Shown here: positions 50,102-58,815 of the stretch, piece by piece
Layout of the letters: each line of letters begins with the position of its first letter
How positions within the stretch are numbered: position 1 is the stretch's first letter
From: Planctomycetota bacterium
Lineage (GTDB): Bacteria; Planctomycetota; UBA8108; SXIK01
Assembly (NCBI GenBank): GCA_965223265.1
Contig: OZ244999.1
Span: 4,096,001-4,160,000 of the forward strand
Direction: 5' to 3'
Length of the DNA stretch: 64,000 bases
Made by a program: the position numbers and the translations under genes
Notes under the pieces: model-generated
What the model saw: the letters and a program-made list of their open reading frames with translations, nothing else
Told to the model about the DNA's origin: nothing
Databases searched by the model: none

Positions 50102-50965
50102 TCAGTTACAACCTTGGTGCGCATCTTCCGAGATTTCGTTGGGGCCGATCGACGCGCTCCAGGGTCCAGCGTCAGCGCACTGGTCGTTGTCGGGATTGCC
50201 ATCGATGAAGATGTCTGGGTCCAGTGACAGCACGGCGCGGAAAGAGACTGACGGCGGCGCTTCGTACAGCGGCCACGATCTGTCGTAAGAAACCTGTAGA
50301 CTCGCGCCCACGTCTAACTCCGTGAAGTCGAGACGTGCGACCTCCCGCGGACTTGAACCCGACACCTCTTCGTAAAGTATGAAACTCTGCTGCCCAGGGC
50401 GCGAACGAAACGGTGCGGCACCAATGTTGAGTAAGTCCGCGGTGACGCGGATCGCGGCGAAGTCGGCGAAGCATTGAGTGCTGCGGACGATGATTCCACT
50501 GACTTCGAGCGCCGGACATCCCGCGGGACCGCATTCACTCTCGAGCGCACAGGTGAGTCCATCCGGGGTGGGGTCGAATCCGCAATCACCCACTGGGGGT
50601 GGTAAGACCGGTGAACCGAGAAACAGAAAGCCGAGCAAAGCGAGCGGGTCGGAGATGTCGAGGATACCGTCGTCATTGGCGTCGGCCGCATCGAAACAGC
50701 CGCGGGCGGGGGAACCCGCTACGAAGAGAAAATTGAGCGTGAAGAGCGCGTCCGACACATCGGCGTCGCCGTCACGGTTAGCGTCGCCGCGCTCAAAGGA
50801 ATGATTCAGCAGTCCACCATCGGGGAGAGGCCCGATGTCTGGAATTTCGATTGGCGGCTCGAAAATGCCAGGATCGAAGATCTGCGCACTCAGTGACGGG
50901 AACACGAAAGCAGCGAAGAGAAGAACGGCGGCGAGGAAACGCGGGTGCGAGGGGGAGTGACGCAT
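50102..50965 (-). CDS. Small secreted protein: dockerin-like module plus Ig/CARDB-like domain
   Basis: Signal peptide ...FAAFVFPSLSA; FERGDANRDGDADVSDA...CFDAADANDDGILDISDP...CGFDPTPDGLTC; beta-rich C-terminus ending DPD...DGNPDND. Confidence 0.82.
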   Translation of the reverse strand: MRHSPSHPRFLAAVLLFAAFVFPSLSAQIFDPGIFEPPIEIPDIGPLPDGGLLNHSFERGDANRDGDADVSDALFTLNFLFVAGSPARGCFDAADANDDGILDISDPLALLGFLFLGSPVLPPPVGDCGFDPTPDGLTCALESECGPAGCPALEVSGIIVRSTQCFADFAAIRVTADLLNIGAAPFRSRPGQQSFILYEEVSGSSPREVARLDFTELDVGASLQVSYDRSWPLYEAPPSVSFRAVLSLDPDIFIDGNPDNDQCADAGPWSASIGPNEISEDAHQGCN

Positions 50966-51268
50966 GAGCTGTGTCCTTTCCGTCTGGTTGGGTTTTCCTG
51001 ACACGTCGCCGCTGCGACGTTCACTCCTCCAGGGACACGGGGCGGCGCATCTGTAACGCGGTTTCTTTGTTTTTCCGTCGCGGCCGCGGCAAACGCTACA
51101 GTCGGAACGCTGCATTCGATGGCACAACGACTTACGCCGTCCACCTGGGGGCGAGCAGGCACGCCCGTGCCAGCTCACCGCAGCCTCGAAGGCCGCCGCC
51201 CCTGCCGCGAGGCTGCGTCAAGCCGCCCTGGAGTGGGTGAGGCGGAGGTCCTTGTCTGTCAGCCTCGA

Positions 51269-52540
51269 TCACTCTCCCGCAGGCCGCTTCACGCCAAGCT
51301 CAGCGAGAAGCTGGATCGCGGCTTCGTAGTCGCCGTCGAGCTTGAGTGCCTCTTGGGCATGCACGATCGCCTTCTGCTTGCGGTCGCCGAGAAGCGAGTA
51401 GGCCCAGGCTAGAAAGTAGTGATTGCGGGCGTCGGTCGAGTCGATCTCGACCGCTTGTTCGAGGAGCGAAGTCGCCTTCTCGTAGCGTTGACGCGCCTCG
51501 TCGCCGTCGCCACCAGCAAGGATCAGGGTGCGCGCGTACGTGCGAAGAACGCGATCGCGGCGTGACGACTGACGCGGCGTTTTCTCGAGCACTTTTTCGA
51601 ACAGCACCTCGGCCTCGTCGCCGTAGCCGCGCTGTGAGAGGTGCTCAGCGTGCCCAGTCATGGCGATGGTGCCGCAGGGATCTGCGGCGACGACGCGGTC
51701 GAACGCCCTCCGAGCCGCCGCGGGCTTCTCCGTCCTGCTGATGACCAGCGCCATGTAGAGGTTGGCGTCCGGAGCCGCCGGGTCGATCTCTAGTGCTCGC
51801 TCAAGATATTGACTGGCGCGCTCAAAACGTTCACTTTTGACTTCGACGTCGACGCCGCCGTATGTCAATCGTCCGAGCGCCTCCAAGCTACGGGCGTGAT
51901 GTGGATAGAGACGTACGGCGCGACGATAGGCGGCGTGTGCGGCGTGCGCATCACCACCGCGCTCGAACTCCTGTCCTGCGTTGAACTCCTCTTCAGCGTC
52001 GACCCAACCGCCGCGAAGCTCTCTGGTCTCTTCCTTCGACGCGGGCCGATGGGCCACGTCGGCATGGCCGCAGGGAGAACTCCACAACTGCTCACGTCGC
52101 TCGCGCGCGAAGGCGGACGCGTGAGCCGCTGACGCATAGTGGTGACGCGACGAAGCCGCGTCAGGCCTCAGGACCTGAAGGTGGCCCAGTTCCTGCAGGA
52201 ATACGCCGTAGAGCATAAAACGACGCACCGCACTCGCTGGCCAATTACGGCCGGCGAGTGCGCCAAAGGACTCTGCCTCCTGATCGGACGCAAGATACGG
52301 TGTCAGGTCAAGACGGTGCGGCAAAGCGCAGAGATGAACTTCCGTCCGCTCCGGCCCGGTCGCCAGACCGAGACGCCGGTCGTCGCCGATTTGCCGCCGG
52401 AGAACCACCCGTTTGAGACGTTCCCAATCCGACGCGTGAAGGCGCGAGAGGACGACACGGAGGTCGGCCTCCTCGACGAAATGCCGGAGGTGACCGTCGG
52501 TCGGCTCGCGAACAAAATCGATGCGGTCGATGTTCTGCAT
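51269..52540 (-). CDS. Tetratricopeptide repeat protein with N-terminal zincin-like region
   Basis: TPR patterns (A...YRRAV.LYP, LE.ALE.DP, LE.AVE.D....YFLA); LQELGH motif; start uncertain. Confidence 0.78.
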   Translation of the reverse strand: MQNIDRIDFVREPTDGHLRHFVEEADLRVVLSRLHASDWERLKRVVLRRQIGDDRRLGLATGPERTEVHLCALPHRLDLTPYLASDQEAESFGALAGRNWPASAVRRFMLYGVFLQELGHLQVLRPDAASSRHHYASAAHASAFARERREQLWSSPCGHADVAHRPASKEETRELRGGWVDAEEEFNAGQEFERGGDAHAAHAAYRRAVRLYPHHARSLEALGRLTYGGVDVEVKSERFERASQYLERALEIDPAAPDANLYMALVISRTEKPAAARRAFDRVVAADPCGTIAMTGHAEHLSQRGYGDEAEVLFEKVLEKTPRQSSRRDRVLRTYARTLILAGGDGDEARQRYEKATSLLEQAVEIDSTDARNHYFLAWAYSLLGDRKQKAIVHAQEALKLDGDYEAAIQLLAELGVKRPAGE

Positions 52541-52878
52541 CGAGCGTAATCCATGCCACCGTGGAGAACGTGATGAAAACGAGCGTAACGCATCTGAGAG
52601 GGCACCGCAAACACGCCCCCAAGAGAGAAATAGAGTAAGATCGTGTCGCCTTCTCAGCCCTTGGGATGGCAAGAGCGGCAGAACCGGCCGCGGTGCGGCG
52701 TTCGATCGGTGCGGGTGACCGTGCACATGAATTGAGTTGTTTTCTCTCGCGGCGGCTAAGTAGGATGACTCTCCCAATTGAATCGACGGTTCTGCAGAGA
52801 TAGCAGCGGCCGAATCGGCTTCGCGTCGTCGACGCGACAGACGACTTGCGCAGCCTCACGACACACAGGAGGTGGGTG

Positions 52879-54063
52879 ATGAAACGACGCTCGTTCCTCA
52901 AACAAACGCTTGCTGCGACCGCAACCGCCGCGATCGCGAGCCCGCTACGTGCGGCAGCGGGCAAGAAGAAACTCAGCGTGGGCATCATCGGCTGTGGTCG
53001 CATGGGCCAATACTACGCCGAGGTCTATCGCAGCATGCCGAACACCGAACTCGTCGCGATCGCTGAGTGGAACGACGAGCGCCGCGGTGTCGTGGGCGAG
53101 CGCTTCGGCGTCAAAGCGCTCTACAAACATGCCAGCGCGATGCTGAGCGAGGTCGTACCAGACATCTGCGCGGTCATCACACCGACGAAGTTCATGAAAG
53201 ACGCGGTGATCGCGTGTGCCAAGGCCGGCGTCAAGGGCGTGTCGACGGACAAACCGATCGCAGCTCGTCTCTCCGACGCCGACGCCATGGTCGAGGCGTG
53301 CGCCAAGCGAAACGTCATTTTCGCAGGCGGCAACCTTCAGTGCGCGAAGTGGGCCGTCCAGCATGCGGCGAAACGACTGCGATCTGGCGAGCTCGGAAGA
53401 ATCCGCGGCGCCGCGGTGCACCGTTTTAGCGGCGAGATCTCCGGCGGTGGCTGCCAGCACTGCTGCGTGCTGCGTCTTCTCACCGGCGCGGAGGTTGCGG
53501 AGGTGACGGCTTGGGGTGCTCCAGCCGAAGCGCTCGCGAGCGACGTCGACTCAGGTCTGTCGATCGATGGTCGATTCCGCATGACTTCAGGTCTCGAGGT
53601 GAACGTGTTCTCCGCTGAGACGCCGTACCGCGGCGTCGACGTCTGGACGGACGACGCGCTCGTGCGCTGGGATTGGGCCGACCCACAGTTCTTCAGAGGC
53701 GCCGACAGCAGCGGTGCGCGGCAAGAGGTCGATTCCGGTTGTCCGCCATACCCATGGTCGAAGATTCTGAACGAAACGCCCGGGCTGCGCCCGAGTGATG
53801 ACTATCTCGTCAGCTCGATCAGCACGTTTGTCGACGCGGTCGCAAGCGGCCGCGAACTATTCGTTTCGGGTCACGACCTTCGACAGGCGCTGGAGATCGC
53901 GATCGCAAGCAAGCTGTCGGCACAGCTGGGCAACCAGACGGTCCGGCTGCCACTGAAGGACCGCTCGCTGATACTCTATCCTTCCAAGTACCGGTGGCTC
54001 GGCGGTGACGCGTCCGGCCGTCCGCAATCGGCGAAAGATGCGTCTGGAGAAGAGAAGTCGTAG
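52879..54063 (+). CDS. Gfo/Idh/MocA family NAD(P)-dependent oxidoreductase, Tat-exported
   Basis: AGGAGG RBS; MKRRSFLK twin-arginine; GIIGCGRMG; DKP. Confidence 0.9.
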   Translation: MKRRSFLKQTLAATATAAIASPLRAAAGKKKLSVGIIGCGRMGQYYAEVYRSMPNTELVAIAEWNDERRGVVGERFGVKALYKHASAMLSEVVPDICAVITPTKFMKDAVIACAKAGVKGVSTDKPIAARLSDADAMVEACAKRNVIFAGGNLQCAKWAVQHAAKRLRSGELGRIRGAAVHRFSGEISGGGCQHCCVLRLLTGAEVAEVTAWGAPAEALASDVDSGLSIDGRFRMTSGLEVNVFSAETPYRGVDVWTDDALVRWDWADPQFFRGADSSGARQEVDSGCPPYPWSKILNETPGLRPSDDYLVSSISTFVDAVASGRELFVSGHDLRQALEIAIASKLSAQLGNQTVRLPLKDRSLILYPSKYRWLGGDASGRPQSAKDASGEEKS

Positions 54064-54139
54064 CCGACACGCGACTCGATAGGACGTTGCTCCACGTCAG
54101 TCACCTTCCACACACTAGCACCTTAGGGGAGAAACGAGC

Positions 54140-55021
54140 ATGGCTCTGATCTGTGCCCTCAAACAACAGGGTTTGCTCGCCACCGCGGTGGCGATTTGTT
54201 GCGTCAGCGCAGCGCCGGTCTCAGCACGTGATTTCCCACATCGCGCCGAGGTCATCAAAATCGAGGATCTCAACCACAACATCCGTCGAGTGACGCTGAA
54301 ACCGCAGTCACCTGAATTCAAGTTTGCGGCCGGACAATACATCTACCTGCGCGCCCCAGATGCCTACATCGATGCCTTCAACGAGAAGCACAAGACAGAT
54401 CATGGTGAGATCTCTCGGCCCTATTCCTTCGCCTCGAGTCCTGAAAATCGCGACACCTTCGCACTCATCATCAAGCACTACGGCCCCCCACGCGGTAAGG
54501 AAGCCCCTCCCGGTGTGGTCTCGACCTATGTCCACAAGCACCTAAAAATCGGCGACAAAGTCGAGCTGAGCACGCCGCGCGGCCGCCTCTACACGCCGGA
54601 CGACTCAGACCGCCCGATCGTCCTCCTCGCCGGCGGAGTAGGGATCTCGCCATTCGTCGGACTCTTGACCTATTTCTTCGAGAACAAGGTCAATGAGGAT
54701 CGGGAGATCTATCTCTTCTGCGGCGTCCGTAGCCGGCAAGATCTCGTCCTCGATGCGCACTTCAAAGAGTGGGCGAAGACGAAAAAGAACTTTCACTACA
54801 TCCCAGCCCTCTCACATCCAGCTGAAGGCGACGCATGGAAGGGTAAGACAGGATATATCAATCTCGTCTTCGATGCGCACTTCCCACAAAAGTATGACGC
54901 CGACGCCTACATCGCGGGCTCGCCGATCATGGTGCGCGAGACGATCAAGGTGCTGAAGAAAAAAGGCATCCCAACGGAGCAGATTCACCGCGATCGCATC
55001 AAGGTCGGCGAAGACGACTGA
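54140..55021 (+). CDS. FNR-like FAD/NAD(P)-binding oxidoreductase (NqrF C-terminal-like, no 2Fe-2S domain)
   Basis: F.AGQY, RPYSFAS, GVVSTY.H, LAGGVGISP, ALS.P...D.W.G.TG, AYIAGSP.M. Confidence 0.88.
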   Translation: MALICALKQQGLLATAVAICCVSAAPVSARDFPHRAEVIKIEDLNHNIRRVTLKPQSPEFKFAAGQYIYLRAPDAYIDAFNEKHKTDHGEISRPYSFASSPENRDTFALIIKHYGPPRGKEAPPGVVSTYVHKHLKIGDKVELSTPRGRLYTPDDSDRPIVLLAGGVGISPFVGLLTYFFENKVNEDREIYLFCGVRSRQDLVLDAHFKEWAKTKKNFHYIPALSHPAEGDAWKGKTGYINLVFDAHFPQKYDADAYIAGSPIMVRETIKVLKKKGIPTEQIHRDRIKVGEDD

Positions 55022-55117
55022 CCGAGACGTCGTCGTTGAGTTGACGTTTGATGCTTGGCTGCTTCAGTGCAGGTGCGGCTTGAACGAGACGGACCTCTGA
55101 GAAGGAGACGCTGATCG

Positions 55118-56812
55118 ATGATTCGACGTGAGTTTCTCAAGGGTGCGCTCGCGGGCGCGCTCGTCGGTTCGCCTGTGGCAGCAGACGCGGCTGCGGGCGC
55201 AGACGCACGCCAAGAAGCACAGGCACGACCGCGCAAGCCGCGCATCATGTTCTACCATGACGGTCGGCACCCGCTCATCTACATGTACGAGCCACCGATG
55301 CAGAAGGTCGAATTCGAAGCCGGCGTCGACGAACTAGTCGGCACGCCGGTCGAGGCGATCACCTTTGCGCTGGGCGATGGACGTACGGTCCTGCACGACA
55401 CCAAGGTCGGGGAGCTGTGGGGACACAACGTCAAGCGCTGGCCGCACCTCATCTTTCGGCGCGCCCACCAAAATGCCGTCGACCTGATCGAGTCCGGCAA
55501 CGACCCGCTGCGCATCATCTGCGACCGCGCGCACGCCAAAGGAATTCTTTTCTATCCGACGCTGCTCGTGCAGCAGGGCACCCGCAAGCGCGGCGAGGAC
55601 GTGCGCGCGTCAGACTTTTGCCTCAACAACCCACAGCTCCGCATCGGCGCTCAAGGTGGAGTCGACCCCGATCACCGCTCAGCGACGTGCCTCGACTTCA
55701 AGCACAAGGAAGTGCGCGACGAGCGCTTTGCTTTGATCGAAGAGACGCTGCAGCGCTACCCGGTCGACGGCTTCGAGTTGCAGATGGACTACGTGCCACA
55801 CTATTTCCATCCGCGCGAGATCGACGCCGGCCGCGACATCATGACCAGCTGGATCGAGCGCGTGTACCGCGCCGTGAAGGCTAGCGGCGCCGAGCGAGAG
55901 CTCGTGATCCGCGTTCCTTCGAGCATCGAAGGTTGTTACTCGGTCGGCATGGATGTGCGGGAATGGATCCGCCGCGGTATTGCGGACGTCCTCGTCGGCC
56001 AGAACTTCTCGGGCCCGGAGCTCGTCGACCACAACGCGGACTTCCGCCCACTCGTGGCGGCAGCGAAAGGTACGAGCTGCCGAATCCACGCCGCAGTTCA
56101 CAGCCATGTCGACTCCGACCGCCTGGCAGAAGCGACGATCGAAATGGTGCGCGGCGCTGCCTGCAACTACTGGGATCAAGGCGTCGACGGCCTCTACTTG
56201 GCGCATTGGTTCGGCAACTGGCCCTACGATGCATCTTTTTACGAGAAACTGCGCGAGTTACCCGATCCAGAGGTGATGGCGCCGAAGGACAAGTTTTACT
56301 ACATTCCGACATCGACCGGGCGCTACCCGCGCCCGAGCGTCGAGCCGGGAATGAGCTTACAACTGCCGGCTGATTTGACCGTTGGCAAGCCCACAGAGGT
56401 TGAGCTCGCCGTCAGCGATGATCTACCACGCTGGGCGCGCGACGGACGCGTTCACGAGGTACTCCTGCGCCTTCGAATCAACAACACGACCGAGCTTGAC
56501 GAGCTGCGGTTTCGCTTCAACGGCAAGCGACTGCCAGACTCAATGCTCCGCAAGATCAATGAGATGTACCGCATGAGCGCGCCGCGCTATCGTACTGGCT
56601 CAGCGTATTGGTTCATTTTCCGGCTCGACGAAAAAAATTGGCCACGCCGTGGGAGCAACACGATCGAAGTGACGCTGGCGAAGCGGGATCCCGCCGCTAT
56701 GCCGCAAGTTTTTATCCGTGATGTCGAACTCGAGACCAAGTATCTCATGGGAAAGAACTTTCATCGCGGCCAGGACGTCGATCTAGGGGCGTACAAAGGC
56801 AGCGGCATTTAA
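55118..56812 (+). CDS. Tat-exported TIM-barrel glycoside-hydrolase-like protein (GHL10-like)
   Basis: MIRREFLK; IMFYHDG, DPL....RAH.KG, LDF...EVR, YPVDGFELQMD, GVDGLYL. Confidence 0.7.
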   Translation: MIRREFLKGALAGALVGSPVAADAAAGADARQEAQARPRKPRIMFYHDGRHPLIYMYEPPMQKVEFEAGVDELVGTPVEAITFALGDGRTVLHDTKVGELWGHNVKRWPHLIFRRAHQNAVDLIESGNDPLRIICDRAHAKGILFYPTLLVQQGTRKRGEDVRASDFCLNNPQLRIGAQGGVDPDHRSATCLDFKHKEVRDERFALIEETLQRYPVDGFELQMDYVPHYFHPREIDAGRDIMTSWIERVYRAVKASGAERELVIRVPSSIEGCYSVGMDVREWIRRGIADVLVGQNFSGPELVDHNADFRPLVAAAKGTSCRIHAAVHSHVDSDRLAEATIEMVRGAACNYWDQGVDGLYLAHWFGNWPYDASFYEKLRELPDPEVMAPKDKFYYIPTSTGRYPRPSVEPGMSLQLPADLTVGKPTEVELAVSDDLPRWARDGRVHEVLLRLRINNTTELDELRFRFNGKRLPDSMLRKINEMYRMSAPRYRTGSAYWFIFRLDEKNWPRRGSNTIEVTLAKRDPAAMPQVFIRDVELETKYLMGKNFHRGQDVDLGAYKGSGI

Positions 56813-56895
56813 CGTTAACGGACTCCCCGCTGGCGATGACTTTCAACACCGCGCGATCTCGCGGGTTTTCTTTCAGTTTTTGAGGATTTCTTTTC

Positions 56896-58812
56896 ATGTT
56901 GGCGAAATCATCGTTCGTCTCTGTCATGGTCGCGGTCGTTGCAACTTTCACGGTCATCTCCTGTGGGCATCTCAGGAGTAGCCGCGTGGTCGACTCTGAT
57001 GCGTCATGGTTCCAAAAGAACGCCGCCGTCGTCGAGTCGTTCGACCTCAAGACCCGCGACCGCCGGCTCCCTGCGCTCGACGTCCCAGAGGGCATTCAGG
57101 CCGGCAACGTGTACGAGCTTGGCGAGTTGCCCCAGGTTGAGCTCGCGCCCGGTGTCTCGGCAACCATCTCTTGGGGACGCGGCGCTCTACTCGAGCTCGT
57201 CGAAGTCGAGCCGCAGGCGATTTACCCGACGCAAGTGTTGAACGAAGAGCTCATCACCTACGTCGAGGCGGGCTCTGGTTCGTGCGAGACCGCCAGTGAG
57301 AAGCTCGACCTCGAGGCAGGTTCGCTCCTCTATCTGACGCCGGGCATGCAGCGCACGCTACGCGCAGGTGCGAACGGGCTGAAGCTCATCGAAGTCTTCT
57401 CTCCAGTTCGGCCAAATCACATCAGGCTCACCGGCATCGACGTACCGCAAGACGCAAAGCTCGACTTTCCCGACCAAGGCGTGACACCCTCCATCGAAGC
57501 TGGTCGCCTCTACAATCTGAACAACATCCAGCTGACTGGTTTGACGCCGCCGCTTGAGGGGAATTCCTACAAGCGGAGTACAGCGCAGGCGCGTCTCGTC
57601 TGGGGACGCAATGCCATGCTGAGCTTTATCCGTATGGATCCTGGCTCCTCGTTCCCGTGGCATATCCATCCGGAAGATCAGCACATGATCGCGCTCCGCG
57701 GTGCCCTCGAAGAAGGCATCATGGGCGACTACCTCACCATGAACGGCGACAAACGCCACGTCGTTTTTCAGCCAGGCGGCATGGCGCACTCAGCGAATCT
57801 GAGCGAATTCGGCGCTGACGCTCTGGACGTCTTCTGGCCGGTCCGCCCAGACTACATGGAAAAAGCTGCCGCGCAGCAGGAACGCCTCGATGAAGTCATC
57901 GAGCCGGGCACCATCGCCACCAAACTGACGGAAGGCTTCATCTTCGCCGAAGGCGGCGTATGGATCGACGACGCGTTCTTCTTCACCGACATGTACTTCG
58001 AGGCCGACTGGACCGGAGACCCCGAGCGCAGCGCGCTGATCAAAATGGACGTCGACGGAACCTGGTCGCGGTTCGTCAAGGGCATGCAGATGAACGGCAC
58101 CATTCGCTCCAAGACCGGCAACCTCATCGTCTGCGACATGTTCGGCCACCGCGTCGTCGAGATCGATTCGAAGAGCGGAGAGGTCGTCAGGACACTGCTC
58201 TCGGAGGTCAACGGCAAGCCCATCGATGGCCCGAACGATCTCGTCATGGACTCTGCAGGCGGAATCTACGTCAGCGATCCACAGTTCACCCCTGAGGCGA
58301 AGAAGAGTCAGCCGGGAAAACAGGTTTACTACATACCGCCAGAGGGCGCCCCCCGCGTAGTGATTCCTGCCGGCGAGCTCGCGTTCCCCAACGGGGTCGC
58401 GATCTCGCCGGATGGAAACACGTTCTATGTCAACAACACCTGGTACGCTCCGGGCGAGAACTACGTCTGGGCGTACGACATCGAAGCCGATGGCTCGCTC
58501 TCGGGGAAACGCCAGTTCGCCAAGCTCAACCTCACGGGCGACGTCCTCAGCCATCCGGATCCGGCGCAGCGTGTTGACGCGCGCGCCGACGGCATGGCCA
58601 TCGACACGGACGGTAGACTCTACGTGACGACGCTCTCCGGCGTGCAAATCTTCGATCAAGACGGCAACTACGTCGGCACGATATGGTGCCCGCAGAATCC
58701 GGCGAACTGCGCTTTCGGCGGGCCAAACAACGACATTCTCTTCATGGTCGGAGGTTCGTCTGCGTGGGCGGTCCAAACAAAGGTGAAGGGGTTCGCGCAT
58801 CCGAGGTCATAG
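56896..58812 (+). CDS. Lipoprotein with two cupin domains fused to an SMP-30/gluconolactonase domain
   Basis: Lipobox-like VISC; PWHIHPEDQ...GGMAH (cupin); F.FAEG..W, GPNDLV, PNGVAISPDG, ADGMAIDTDG, PANCAFGG. Confidence 0.87.
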   Translation: MLAKSSFVSVMVAVVATFTVISCGHLRSSRVVDSDASWFQKNAAVVESFDLKTRDRRLPALDVPEGIQAGNVYELGELPQVELAPGVSATISWGRGALLELVEVEPQAIYPTQVLNEELITYVEAGSGSCETASEKLDLEAGSLLYLTPGMQRTLRAGANGLKLIEVFSPVRPNHIRLTGIDVPQDAKLDFPDQGVTPSIEAGRLYNLNNIQLTGLTPPLEGNSYKRSTAQARLVWGRNAMLSFIRMDPGSSFPWHIHPEDQHMIALRGALEEGIMGDYLTMNGDKRHVVFQPGGMAHSANLSEFGADALDVFWPVRPDYMEKAAAQQERLDEVIEPGTIATKLTEGFIFAEGGVWIDDAFFFTDMYFEADWTGDPERSALIKMDVDGTWSRFVKGMQMNGTIRSKTGNLIVCDMFGHRVVEIDSKSGEVVRTLLSEVNGKPIDGPNDLVMDSAGGIYVSDPQFTPEAKKSQPGKQVYYIPPEGAPRVVIPAGELAFPNGVAISPDGNTFYVNNTWYAPGENYVWAYDIEADGSLSGKRQFAKLNLTGDVLSHPDPAQRVDARADGMAIDTDGRLYVTTLSGVQIFDQDGNYVGTIWCPQNPANCAFGGPNNDILFMVGGSSAWAVQTKVKGFAHPRS

Positions 58813-58815
58813 ATC

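Noticed and set aside
56849-56873. ccgcg/cgcgg hairpin with T-rich tail as a terminator
   Set aside because: Stem is only 5 bp and lies just before the next start codon; too weak to call
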